58,928 nucleotides of DNA, taken from positions 1 through 58,928 of the forward strand of contig CBDCEW010000047.1 of NCBI GenBank assembly GCA_965215885.1. Direction: 5' to 3'. The DNA is from Candidatus Moanibacter sp. (GTDB taxonomy: Bacteria; Verrucomicrobiota; Verrucomicrobiia; Opitutales; UBA2987). Positions within the stretch are counted from its first letter, which is position 1, and the number at the start of each line of letters is the position of its first letter. The notes beneath the pieces are model-generated. The model was not told the DNA's origin. It saw only the letters and a program-made list of their open reading frames with translations, and did no database searches. The position numbers and the translations under genes were made by a program. This document shows, piece after piece, positions 51,377 through 58,928 of the stretch.

Positions 51377-52741
51377 ATGAGAATCATTCGATTATCGATC
51401 TGGTGGGCGAGTTTACTCGCCATATCCGTACCCATCACTCGATCGCTCCATGCTGAAAACGAACTGGATCGCCTACTTGAGGAGAATGCGATTCGCATCG
51501 CGTCTCTTGATCCGACATTTGAGCAATTTGAAGACCTCAAACCGCTGCAGGAGATTCTAAACGGTGTCGAGATTGTAATGCTGGGGGAAAGTACGCACGG
51601 AGATGGTAAGGCATTCTTATTGAAATCGCGATTGATCAAGTATCTGCATCAGGAGCGGGGATTCGATGTGTTGGTTTTTGAGAGCGGATTATGGGACTGT
51701 CGCAAAGCGTGGGAAAATATCAGTCGAGGAGAGGACCATGAATTGAACATTCAGAAGTCCGTCTACAGCCTTTGGAGCAGGAACCGGGAGGTCTCAGAAT
51801 TGATCGATTACATCGGCAAAGTAAGTTCCACTGAACAGCCACTCGAATTGGCAGGGATAGATTGCCAATTTACCGGAGAACTGGCCAGGGACGGGTTCAT
51901 GGCCGACTTTTCTCTCGTTCTTAAGGAGGTTTACGAGGATACGGAGGAAATAGACCGGCATCTCGAGATTCTCGATAATCTTCTTCATTACAGATACTCC
52001 CCTTTTCCAGCGAATCGAAACGGAATGGAGCTGCCCGAAAGGGAAGAACGAAGCAGCTATCTGAGTTTCCTAGCAGAGACTCAGCGTTTACTCGAGAAAT
52101 CGAATGTCGAAGAAAGAGGTTTCTGGTTAAGGGTGATCGAAAACATGAAATGGGAGGCGCGAAGGTTTTTTGGAGAAATAACCTGGTCAGATATGTCGGA
52201 TCCGAGCTACTTCATTCGCGATCGACTGATGGGTGAGAATCTGATCTGGCTGAAAGAGAATCTATACCCCAGGCGAAAAGTCATTGTATGGGGAGCCAGT
52301 ATGCATCTTGCACTTCGAAGAGAAGATAATATCCGAAACCTCGAAGATGGCAAAGCCCACTATCTAAAGGGCGCATATACTGCTGGAAGTGTTGTTTCCG
52401 CAAAATACAGAAGTCGGTCCTACTCCATCGGCGTCACATCATACAACGGCTCCTATGGCAGGGTCGATATGGCAAAGCCGTATGAAAGGGAGCTTGTACC
52501 GATGGAGGGCAGCCAGTATTCGATCGAAAATCAACTCGCTGAACAGGGTTACGGGAATATTCTCATCGATCTGCGAAGCGAGGGAATGAAGAGGTACTTC
52601 GGAGATAAGCGATGGATCGGCCGTTTTTTTGGATACCGCGGTGAGGCAGCTGACTGGACGGAAGTCTTTGACGGGGTTCTATTCATCAAGACGATGGCCC
52701 CGAGTCATGGAACTGGCAGCCGTGATGAACAAAGGAAGTAG
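51377..52741 (+). CDS. Secreted erythromycin esterase family protein
   Basis: Signal peptide; VMLGESTHGDG, GFDVLVFES, RDRLMGENL, IVWGASMH, FDGVLFI. Confidence 0.85.
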   Translation: MRIIRLSIWWASLLAISVPITRSLHAENELDRLLEENAIRIASLDPTFEQFEDLKPLQEILNGVEIVMLGESTHGDGKAFLLKSRLIKYLHQERGFDVLVFESGLWDCRKAWENISRGEDHELNIQKSVYSLWSRNREVSELIDYIGKVSSTEQPLELAGIDCQFTGELARDGFMADFSLVLKEVYEDTEEIDRHLEILDNLLHYRYSPFPANRNGMELPEREERSSYLSFLAETQRLLEKSNVEERGFWLRVIENMKWEARRFFGEITWSDMSDPSYFIRDRLMGENLIWLKENLYPRRKVIVWGASMHLALRREDNIRNLEDGKAHYLKGAYTAGSVVSAKYRSRSYSIGVTSYNGSYGRVDMAKPYERELVPMEGSQYSIENQLAEQGYGNILIDLRSEGMKRYFGDKRWIGRFFGYRGEAADWTEVFDGVLFIKTMAPSHGTGSRDEQRK

Positions 52742-52747
52742 CTCCCG

Positions 52748-53371
52748 GTGAATGAGGGTGCACATTTTCCCGCTATCCCAATCGGCAGAAGGATCCATGT
52801 GATTGGTAACAGCTGTTCCGGAAAAAGCACTCTGGGAGCGCAGTTGGCGGCTGCCCTCGGCGTCCCCTTTGTGGAATTGGATGCGCTCAATTGGGAATCC
52901 GGTTGGGTCGGCCTGAACGAGACAGATCCTGAGAAGTTTGTGCGTCGTATAGAAGGAGCGACCAGCGGGGAAGGGTGGGTTGTTGCAGGATCCTACACTG
53001 GCTTTTCACAGCGTGTCTTCTGGACTCGCCTGGAGACTATCGTTTGGCTGGATCTTCCCATGCGGAATCTCATCTTTCGATGGCTTGTTCGATCGTGGCG
53101 ACGGTGGCGCACAAAGGAACTGCTTTGGGGGAAGAATTATGAAAGGTTCTGGCCCCAGCTCATGTTTTGGAGCAAGGAAGATTCCCTGCTATGGTGGATC
53201 GTCACGCAGCATCGACGCAAGCGTCGCAATATGCTCACATACAGCGCTGATTCGCGATGGAGCCACATACGGTTTGTGCGGCTCCGATCTTCTGCCCAAG
53301 TCGAAGCCTTTCTTGACGAAGTTGGAGCCAAGACCGATGGCCGCACTCAAGCATATTCGGGATCGCGCTGA
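52748..53371 (+). CDS. Adenylate-kinase-like P-loop protein
   Basis: VIGNSCSGKSTL, ELDALNW, IVWLDLP. Confidence 0.85.
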   Translation: MNEGAHFPAIPIGRRIHVIGNSCSGKSTLGAQLAAALGVPFVELDALNWESGWVGLNETDPEKFVRRIEGATSGEGWVVAGSYTGFSQRVFWTRLETIVWLDLPMRNLIFRWLVRSWRRWRTKELLWGKNYERFWPQLMFWSKEDSLLWWIVTQHRRKRRNMLTYSADSRWSHIRFVRLRSSAQVEAFLDEVGAKTDGRTQAYSGSR

Positions 53372-53404
53372 GGCGCACCTCTTACATCGTTCAATTATTC
53401 AGCC

Positions 53405-53842
53405 ATGTCGCGCGCGCCGTTCAATGTTCTGGTCCTCCCGTATCGAGCGCGCGACGCTTCCTACGAATATGCCGTGTTCTACCGTTCTGATTCGAAGATG
53501 TGCCAGTTCATCGCGGGCGGAGGCTAAGAGGGTGAAAGTCCCGTGGATGCCGCCCGAAGGGAAGCACTCGAGGAAGGGGGAATAGGAGGTAGAAGCCTCT
53601 GGATGGAGCTCGACTCACGGGCCTCAATCCCCCGTAGGGCGTTTCGCGAGGCACCTTGGCCGGAGGATGTCTTTGTCATTCCTGAGTTCTGTTTTGCCGT
53701 AGAGGTTGGAGATTCTGAAATCCGACTCTCTGAGGAACATAGGGAGTTTGCGTGGCTAGGATACGAGGTGGCTAGCGAACGATTGACCTGGGACTCCAAC
53801 AAGGTTGCACTTTGGGAGCTCCAGGAACGCCTGAGGTCGTAA
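53405..53842 (+). pseudogene. NUDIX pyrophosphatase with an in-frame TAA at 53525
   Basis: MSRAPFNVLVLPY...IAGGG*EGESPVDAARREALEE...LSEEH...WDSNKVALWEL. Confidence 0.75.
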
Positions 53843-56229
53843 CTTCAGAACTCGCTATCATGCGGGTTGGTGGGCAGGGGGCAATCGCAGATACAATTCC
53901 CGGCTTTTAAGAGCTAAAGAAAACGGTAGGCTTCATCTTCGAACCATCAAATTCGAAGAAAAATGGAGAAACCTACCGTCAAAGAAGAGACCTTCTTACA
54001 GTGCATCCTTGGAGTGGACAAGGGTCATCCCTCGATCACGGTCTATCGGGATCTGAGCGAAGGCAAACTGCACGTCTATTACGGGCATGAGCTTTTTGAA
54101 GTCGTAGAGGACGATCGGGAGCAAGTTGAATTCAAGCTATTGGTGGGGCGCCTCTACAATGCGGGGTTGAAGAAAGGGCGCTTAGAGAAGCAATTTGAGG
54201 TTGACCCCAAAACGATGAAGCGGTGGGGGGAGGCGCTTCAAAGCGGAGATGCCGAGACCTTAGCGCGAGTGCTGGCGGGACGCAGCGCTCAGCGCAAATT
54301 GACGAGGGAAATCCGGAGTTTTGGGCGGGTGCGCTTCGGGCAGATCTATGGGGAGAGTCGGTATGGCTACAGCAAGAAGATACGGGGGGAGATCGAGGAG
54401 GTGTTCGGAGTTAACCTCAGTGGGGAAACTTTGCGCCCTGTCTTTAAGGAGCTTAAAGAGGCCCGGGCAAAGGAGGCCGAAGCCGAGAGGGCGCAAAATC
54501 GGGAGACTCCCTGGGATTGCCCGGAGGACTCGGGGAGGGACGAACAGGAGCAAGAAGCAGAAAATAGCCCCGAAAGCGAAGGGGACAATCGCAAGGAGTC
54601 TCCCGATTTTTCGAGGGAGAGCTCCGAAGCGGTGCAATGGTATCGGCACCTGGGAGTACTTCTGTTCAGTGCCGCGCTCAGAGAAGTCGCTCAGATTGAT
54701 CGCGAAGAGGGCTGGCTTTTGAAACAATGGGTGGCTTGCGGGTTGTTGGCCGCGGTCAATATCGAGCAGAGCAAACTGCTCGATCTCGAAGACCTGCAAA
54801 AACTCATCGGGCGAGTCCTGTATACCCCCTATCTGCAACGCCAAAGCCTTAGCGCCCTGGCCGATGAAGGGCTTTTAAGAGAGATCCTCAGAGTGAACGC
54901 GAGGGGCCTGAATGCTTCGGATGAAGAGAGCTTTTATTATGATCCGCACACCAAACATTACACCGGAATGAGCAAGGTGCTGGCGGGATGGTGTCCGGGT
55001 ATCCGTCTGGCCGACAAAGCGCTCCACAGCGATTTTATTCATACCCTCAAGGGCTATCCGGTCTATTTTGCGAGCACTGACAACTATGAGGATATAAGGG
55101 AACGGTTTATCCCCAACTGCGAAGCGATGCTCGAGCTGGTGCAGTTGCCGGCTGATAAGAAGGTGAGCATTTACGTGGACCGGGCGATCGCCGCGGAGTG
55201 GTTTTACGAAGCCATCGTGGAGCATCCTCAACTCGAAATCATTACCTGGGAAAAAGGTTACAAGGCCAGCGCCCAGCCCCTCCAACGGATCGACGGGCAG
55301 TTGCGCCTGCAGCGCGCGCGCAACCATGCCGAAGATCTCCAAGAGTATCATCTTCGCTATCAGCGGGGCCCCTGGAAGAAAAATCCTCAACTGGTGCAGT
55401 GGATCGTGGAGGCGACCAATCCAAAAAATCGAACCATTACCGTGAGCATCCTGGCGACCGATCAGCAGGCCCGAAATGAAGAGGTAATCAAAGGGATGTT
55501 CAGTCGCTGGATTCAGGAGAATGACTTCAAATACCTCGATAAGCACTTTGGGATTAATCAGATCACCTCTTATCGCACCGTCCACTACAAGCGATTAGCC
55601 CAACACCTTGAGGACAAGCAGGAGAAAAGCGGTGCCGCCAAAGCCCTCCTGAAGCAAAAACAGCAATGCACCGAAGAATTGAAAAGACTGCTCCTGGCCG
55701 AGCATGCCCACCCGGGCAAAAGCGCCTCAAGGGGCGAAAAGATCCGTCGACTCGATCAGGCCCTCAAAGCCCTCCAACTCGAACTGGCGCAAATCGACAC
55801 CGAATGCTCGAGGCTGCAGCGCCTCATTGATGAAAACTATGTCCGCCTGGACACCGCTAACAAGTCCCTCATGGATGCCTTGAAAATCTTCGCCCGTAAC
55901 AGCTTCTACAAGCAGCTCGAACCCTTTATAAAGCTCGCTACAACAACTATCGTGACGACCAACGATCTGTTTCGCAATTTGACTCACAGTGACGGCGTTC
56001 TTATAGAGAGGGGCTGTGCGGTCGAAGCGCATTTATTCCCCACCGCAACTTATCCCCCTCGGGTGCAGGCGGTGGTGCTTGAGTATCTGCAAACTCTCAA
56101 TGAGAAGCCCTTACTGATGCCCGACGGTTCAGGCCGAAGAATCATCTTCCGACTGGGCAAAAAATCGGGATTTAAACTTGCGATTGCATAGTGCCTTTAG
56201 AGGGGCAATATAGTGAGGTCTGAAGTTAC
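53839..56229 (+). mobile_element. Unclassified IS-like element with 25-bp TIRs
   Basis: GTAACTTCAGAACTCGCTATCATGC vs reverse complement of the right end GTAACTTCAGACCTCACTATATTGC (21/25). Confidence 0.8.
53963..56191 (+). CDS. Putative large DDE transposase (742 aa) with N-terminal HTH region
   Basis: YYDPH, YVDRA, RWIQENDFKY as candidate D-D-E; single ORF filling the TIR-bounded element. Confidence 0.7.
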   Translation: MEKPTVKEETFLQCILGVDKGHPSITVYRDLSEGKLHVYYGHELFEVVEDDREQVEFKLLVGRLYNAGLKKGRLEKQFEVDPKTMKRWGEALQSGDAETLARVLAGRSAQRKLTREIRSFGRVRFGQIYGESRYGYSKKIRGEIEEVFGVNLSGETLRPVFKELKEARAKEAEAERAQNRETPWDCPEDSGRDEQEQEAENSPESEGDNRKESPDFSRESSEAVQWYRHLGVLLFSAALREVAQIDREEGWLLKQWVACGLLAAVNIEQSKLLDLEDLQKLIGRVLYTPYLQRQSLSALADEGLLREILRVNARGLNASDEESFYYDPHTKHYTGMSKVLAGWCPGIRLADKALHSDFIHTLKGYPVYFASTDNYEDIRERFIPNCEAMLELVQLPADKKVSIYVDRAIAAEWFYEAIVEHPQLEIITWEKGYKASAQPLQRIDGQLRLQRARNHAEDLQEYHLRYQRGPWKKNPQLVQWIVEATNPKNRTITVSILATDQQARNEEVIKGMFSRWIQENDFKYLDKHFGINQITSYRTVHYKRLAQHLEDKQEKSGAAKALLKQKQQCTEELKRLLLAEHAHPGKSASRGEKIRRLDQALKALQLELAQIDTECSRLQRLIDENYVRLDTANKSLMDALKIFARNSFYKQLEPFIKLATTTIVTTNDLFRNLTHSDGVLIERGCAVEAHLFPTATYPPRVQAVVLEYLQTLNEKPLLMPDGSGRRIIFRLGKKSGFKLAIA

Positions 56230-56358
56230 AGTGAAGAGCAGCGCGGTCACCGAGGATCGGATCGAGATCGTCTTAGGGGACCCGATACGGTTGGAAGTGC
56301 ACTGCGGTGTGGCAGCGGAACAAGTGGCGAGTCTGGTGAAGGCGTTGAGGGAATCGGG

Positions 56359-56709
56359 ATGCTGAGCTTACCGGGAACGATGAAGGTTTTCCTGGCCGTG
56401 GGTGTAACCGATCTGCGAAAGAGTTTTAATGGTCTCTACGCCCTGGCGGCGAATCAGCTCAAGGAAGACCCGTTGAGCGGAGCGGTCTTTGTCTTCTGCA
56501 ATCGCCGCAGGGACCGGGTCAAGATTCTATATTGGGACGGCACGGGGTTATGGGTCTTCGCGAAGCGATTAGAGAAGGGTCGGTTCAGCTGGCCGCAGGG
56601 AGTGGACTTGAAAGATGAGAAGCTTCCATTGCGGCCTGAAGCTTTGAGCATGCTCTTGAACGGGATCGACCTGAGGGAGGGGAAGATGCGGCCCTGGTAT
56701 CAGCGTTAG
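56359..56709 (+). CDS. tnpB: IS66 TnpB
   Basis: Near-identical to 15440-15790. Confidence 0.95.
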   Translation: MLSLPGTMKVFLAVGVTDLRKSFNGLYALAANQLKEDPLSGAVFVFCNRRRDRVKILYWDGTGLWVFAKRLEKGRFSWPQGVDLKDEKLPLRPEALSMLLNGIDLREGKMRPWYQR

Positions 56710-56778
56710 GTCAAAAAAAAGTGATTTTTTTGAAAACATTATTGCTTTTCTTATGACCGTTAGTTTAGTATTGTATTT

Positions 56779-58281
56779 ATGGCTGAAGTCGAGGTTTTGC
56801 AAACAGAGCTGGAGCAACTCCGAGAAGAGAACCGGCTTTTACGTCAGAAGATCGGCTGGCTCATTAAGCGCTACTTCGGAGGGAACCAAAGCGAGCGGAT
56901 CGATCCGGGACAGCTGGAATTGCTCCTGGCCGGGCTGGAGCAGCCCGAGGAAAACAAACCCGCTGAGCAAACGGCAGAGCCACCACCCGAGCCGAAGGCG
57001 CGCAAAGGATCTGGGGCGCGGCGACGGCGTCTCCCCGAACACCTGGAAGTCGAAGAGATCGTAATCGAACCCGAAGCGGTGAAGGTTGCACCGCAAAAGT
57101 GGCGGTTGATCGGTGAGGAAGTCACTGAAGAGTTGGATTTGCTCCCAGCGCGATTTATCAGGCGCCGCTATATACGGCGCAAATATGTCTCTCGCGAAAA
57201 GCCCCAGGAAGCTCCCGTGTTGGCACCATTACCATCGCGGCTGATTGAAAAAGGGATTCCTGGAGTGGGGCTTTTGGTGCACATAGTACTGAGCAAATAC
57301 GTCGATCACCTGCCGTTGTATCGACAGGAGAAGATTTTCCGGGAACGCTACGGAGTAAGGGTGGCGCGCCAGAGCATGCTCGATTGGATCCACCAGGTAG
57401 CGCAATGGCTAAAACCGATCTACAACTACCTGTGCAGTCAATTGTTCGAGGGCGGTTATATTCAGGCGGACGAAACGCCCATCCGCTACCTGGATCCGGA
57501 CGTAGGCAAAAAAGAGGGCTGCAGGAAAGGATACCTGTGGGTCTACGGGCGACCCGGCGGCGAGGTGCTCTATGACTGGCACACAGGGCGTGGGGTAAAA
57601 TGTCTCGAGCAGTTCCTCAACGGATACGAAGGGCTGCTCCAAACCGACGGTTACGCTGCCTATGGCAGTTTCGCCCGGGAGCATAACGGGATTACCCTGT
57701 TTGGGTGCTGGGCACATCTGCGACGCAAATTTGTGGAGGCGATCGATGAGAGCCCCAAGCTGGCCGGCTGGGTGGTACGGCAGATCCACAATCTCTACAG
57801 AGACGAACGCCACCTGCGCGAACAGCGGGCCGGTCCCGCCTTGCGCGAAGCATACAGGCAAAGCCATGGTCGGATGATCGTGGAACGCTTGGGCAAAGCC
57901 TTGCCTATACTCAAACGGCGGGCTTTGCCGCAGAGCAAAATGGGTGAAGCCGTTGAGTATGCTCTGAACCAGTGGGAATCACTCAAGCGCTACCTCGAGC
58001 ATGGCAAAGTTGAAATTGACAATAACCTCATTGAGAATGCCATCCGGCCGACCGCCCTGGGAAAGAAAAACTGGATGTTCATCGGCCACCCCAAGGCTGG
58101 TTGGAGAAGTGCTGTGATCTATTCGATTATAGAAAGTTGCCGGCGGCACGGTATCGAGCCTTCCGAATACCTGACAGACGTGCTCAAAAGATTGCCGGAC
58201 ATGAACATCACCGAGATCGCCGAACTCGCACCGGCGAATTGGAAGCCGACCCGAACAGCCGAACCGCTCGCATCCTCCTGA
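56779..58281 (+). CDS. tnpC: IS66 transposase TnpC
   Basis: Near-identical to 15859-17361. Confidence 0.95.
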   Translation: MAEVEVLQTELEQLREENRLLRQKIGWLIKRYFGGNQSERIDPGQLELLLAGLEQPEENKPAEQTAEPPPEPKARKGSGARRRRLPEHLEVEEIVIEPEAVKVAPQKWRLIGEEVTEELDLLPARFIRRRYIRRKYVSREKPQEAPVLAPLPSRLIEKGIPGVGLLVHIVLSKYVDHLPLYRQEKIFRERYGVRVARQSMLDWIHQVAQWLKPIYNYLCSQLFEGGYIQADETPIRYLDPDVGKKEGCRKGYLWVYGRPGGEVLYDWHTGRGVKCLEQFLNGYEGLLQTDGYAAYGSFAREHNGITLFGCWAHLRRKFVEAIDESPKLAGWVVRQIHNLYRDERHLREQRAGPALREAYRQSHGRMIVERLGKALPILKRRALPQSKMGEAVEYALNQWESLKRYLEHGKVEIDNNLIENAIRPTALGKKNWMFIGHPKAGWRSAVIYSIIESCRRHGIEPSEYLTDVLKRLPDMNITEIAELAPANWKPTRTAEPLASS

Positions 58282-58431
58282 ATCCGGACACCACCAGGAT
58301 CATCGCGCATGCCGCGGTCGATAGGGCAGTTCACCGGTCGTTTACTAATGAACTACCTTCCTAATAGACGGGCCAGGGCCTCTCGCGGATTACCGTTAGG
58401 AATGCTGGAGTGTTGTTTCCTCGACCGGCTC

Positions 58432-58503
58432 TCAGTTTGCCGGGGCGAGTTCGGCGATCTTGGTATTCTTCATATCGGGAAGACGTTTGAGCACGTCTGT
58501 GAG
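58432..58503 (-). pseudogene. Remnant of a divergent IS66 tnpC C-terminus
   Basis: LTDVLKRLPDMKNTKIAELAPAN* on the minus strand. Confidence 0.7.
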
Positions 58504-58567
58504 GTTTCGAGCTATCCGGGGACTGTAGTGCATTCTATAGCAGCGCGCCGACTACGACTGCTTCCGG

Positions 58568-58928
58568 CTAATCATCATCGTCGTCCTTGTCCTTGTCCTT
58601 GTCCTTGTCCCTGCCGTCGTCGTCCTTGTCCTTGTCGTCATCGTCCTCGTCCGGAGGTGCAAAATACGTGAAAGTAGAAAGGATAGCCCTATCGACGTTG
58701 CCGTCGTTATCTGAGTCGGTCTCATTCACTTGCTCGATCAGGTTGCCCCTCCTGTCGTAGTCGAAGGTGGTAACGCTGACTCGGTCCACGTTGCCGTCGT
58801 TATCTGAGTCGGTCTCAATCACTCGCTCGATCAGGTTGCCCCTCCTGTCGTAGTCGGAGGTGGTAACGTTGACTATGTCCACGTTGCCGTCGTTATCAAA
58901 ATCGACTACTAAAAGCTGTTCGATCAGG
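58568..58928 (-). CDS. C-terminus of a 31-aa tandem-repeat protein (YD-like/DxDxDG) with a D/K-rich tail; runs off window
   Basis: 93-nt period (58741/58834/58927); DYDRRGNLIE...DSDNDGNVDR; tandem TCCTTG encodes DKDKDK. Confidence 0.75.
   Translation of the reverse strand, partial: LIEQLLVVDFDNDGNVDIVNVTTSDYDRRGNLIERVIETDSDNDGNVDRVSVTTFDYDRRGNLIEQVNETDSDNDGNVDRAILSTFTYFAPPDEDDDDKDKDDDGRDKDKDKDKDDDDD

Larger units (their letters stand above)
56230..58345 (+). mobile_element. IS66 copy 2, left end and most of tnpA removed
   Basis: Aligns to copy 1 from ~15311 onward; right TIR CCGGTCGTTTAC. Confidence 0.9.

Noticed and set aside
18361..53527. Stop-codon recoding at in-frame TAG (18361) and TAA (53525)
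   Set aside because: Isolated cases with different codons, and other genes use these as normal stops; more likely point mutations or read errors
1..58928. Integron integrase, reverse transcriptase, rRNA or tRNA genes
   Set aside because: No tyrosine-recombinase R-H-R-Y pattern, YADD motif, rRNA-like tract or cloverleaf was recognised by eye

Overview
A bacterial accessory region with many indels, probably from an error-prone long-read assembly. Bases 1-4.2 kb hold a visibly more GC-rich, minus-strand glycine/sarcosine/betaine-reductase-type operon (grdE/I-like, grdB-like with in-frame UGA and SECIS-like hairpin, grdC, start of grdA) with non-canonical catalytic motifs. From about 4.3 to 58.3 kb is a long run of small, mostly co-oriented small-molecule-modifying genes: 6 NUDIX, 3 HAD, several GNAT, 3 APH-like, AAC(3), an erythromycin-esterase-like protein, methyltransferases, P-loop kinases, thyA, a lipase and toxin-antitoxin genes. 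At least three consecutive genes (12.4-15 kb) are separated by clear integron attC sites, more degenerate sites follow, and no integrase is in view, so this looks like a CALIN or decaying cassette array. It carries IS4 (9-bp TSD), two IS5/ISNCY-like copies (TA target), two IS1380, two IS66 plus a remnant, and an unclassified 742-aa DDE element with 25-bp TIRs. It also contains REP/MITE-like repeats, a repeated ~0.5-kb composite structured element and a candidate cis-regulatory RNA leader. The window ends in a DxDxDG/YD-like 31-aa repeat protein. All calls come from reading motifs by eye; no database searches were run.
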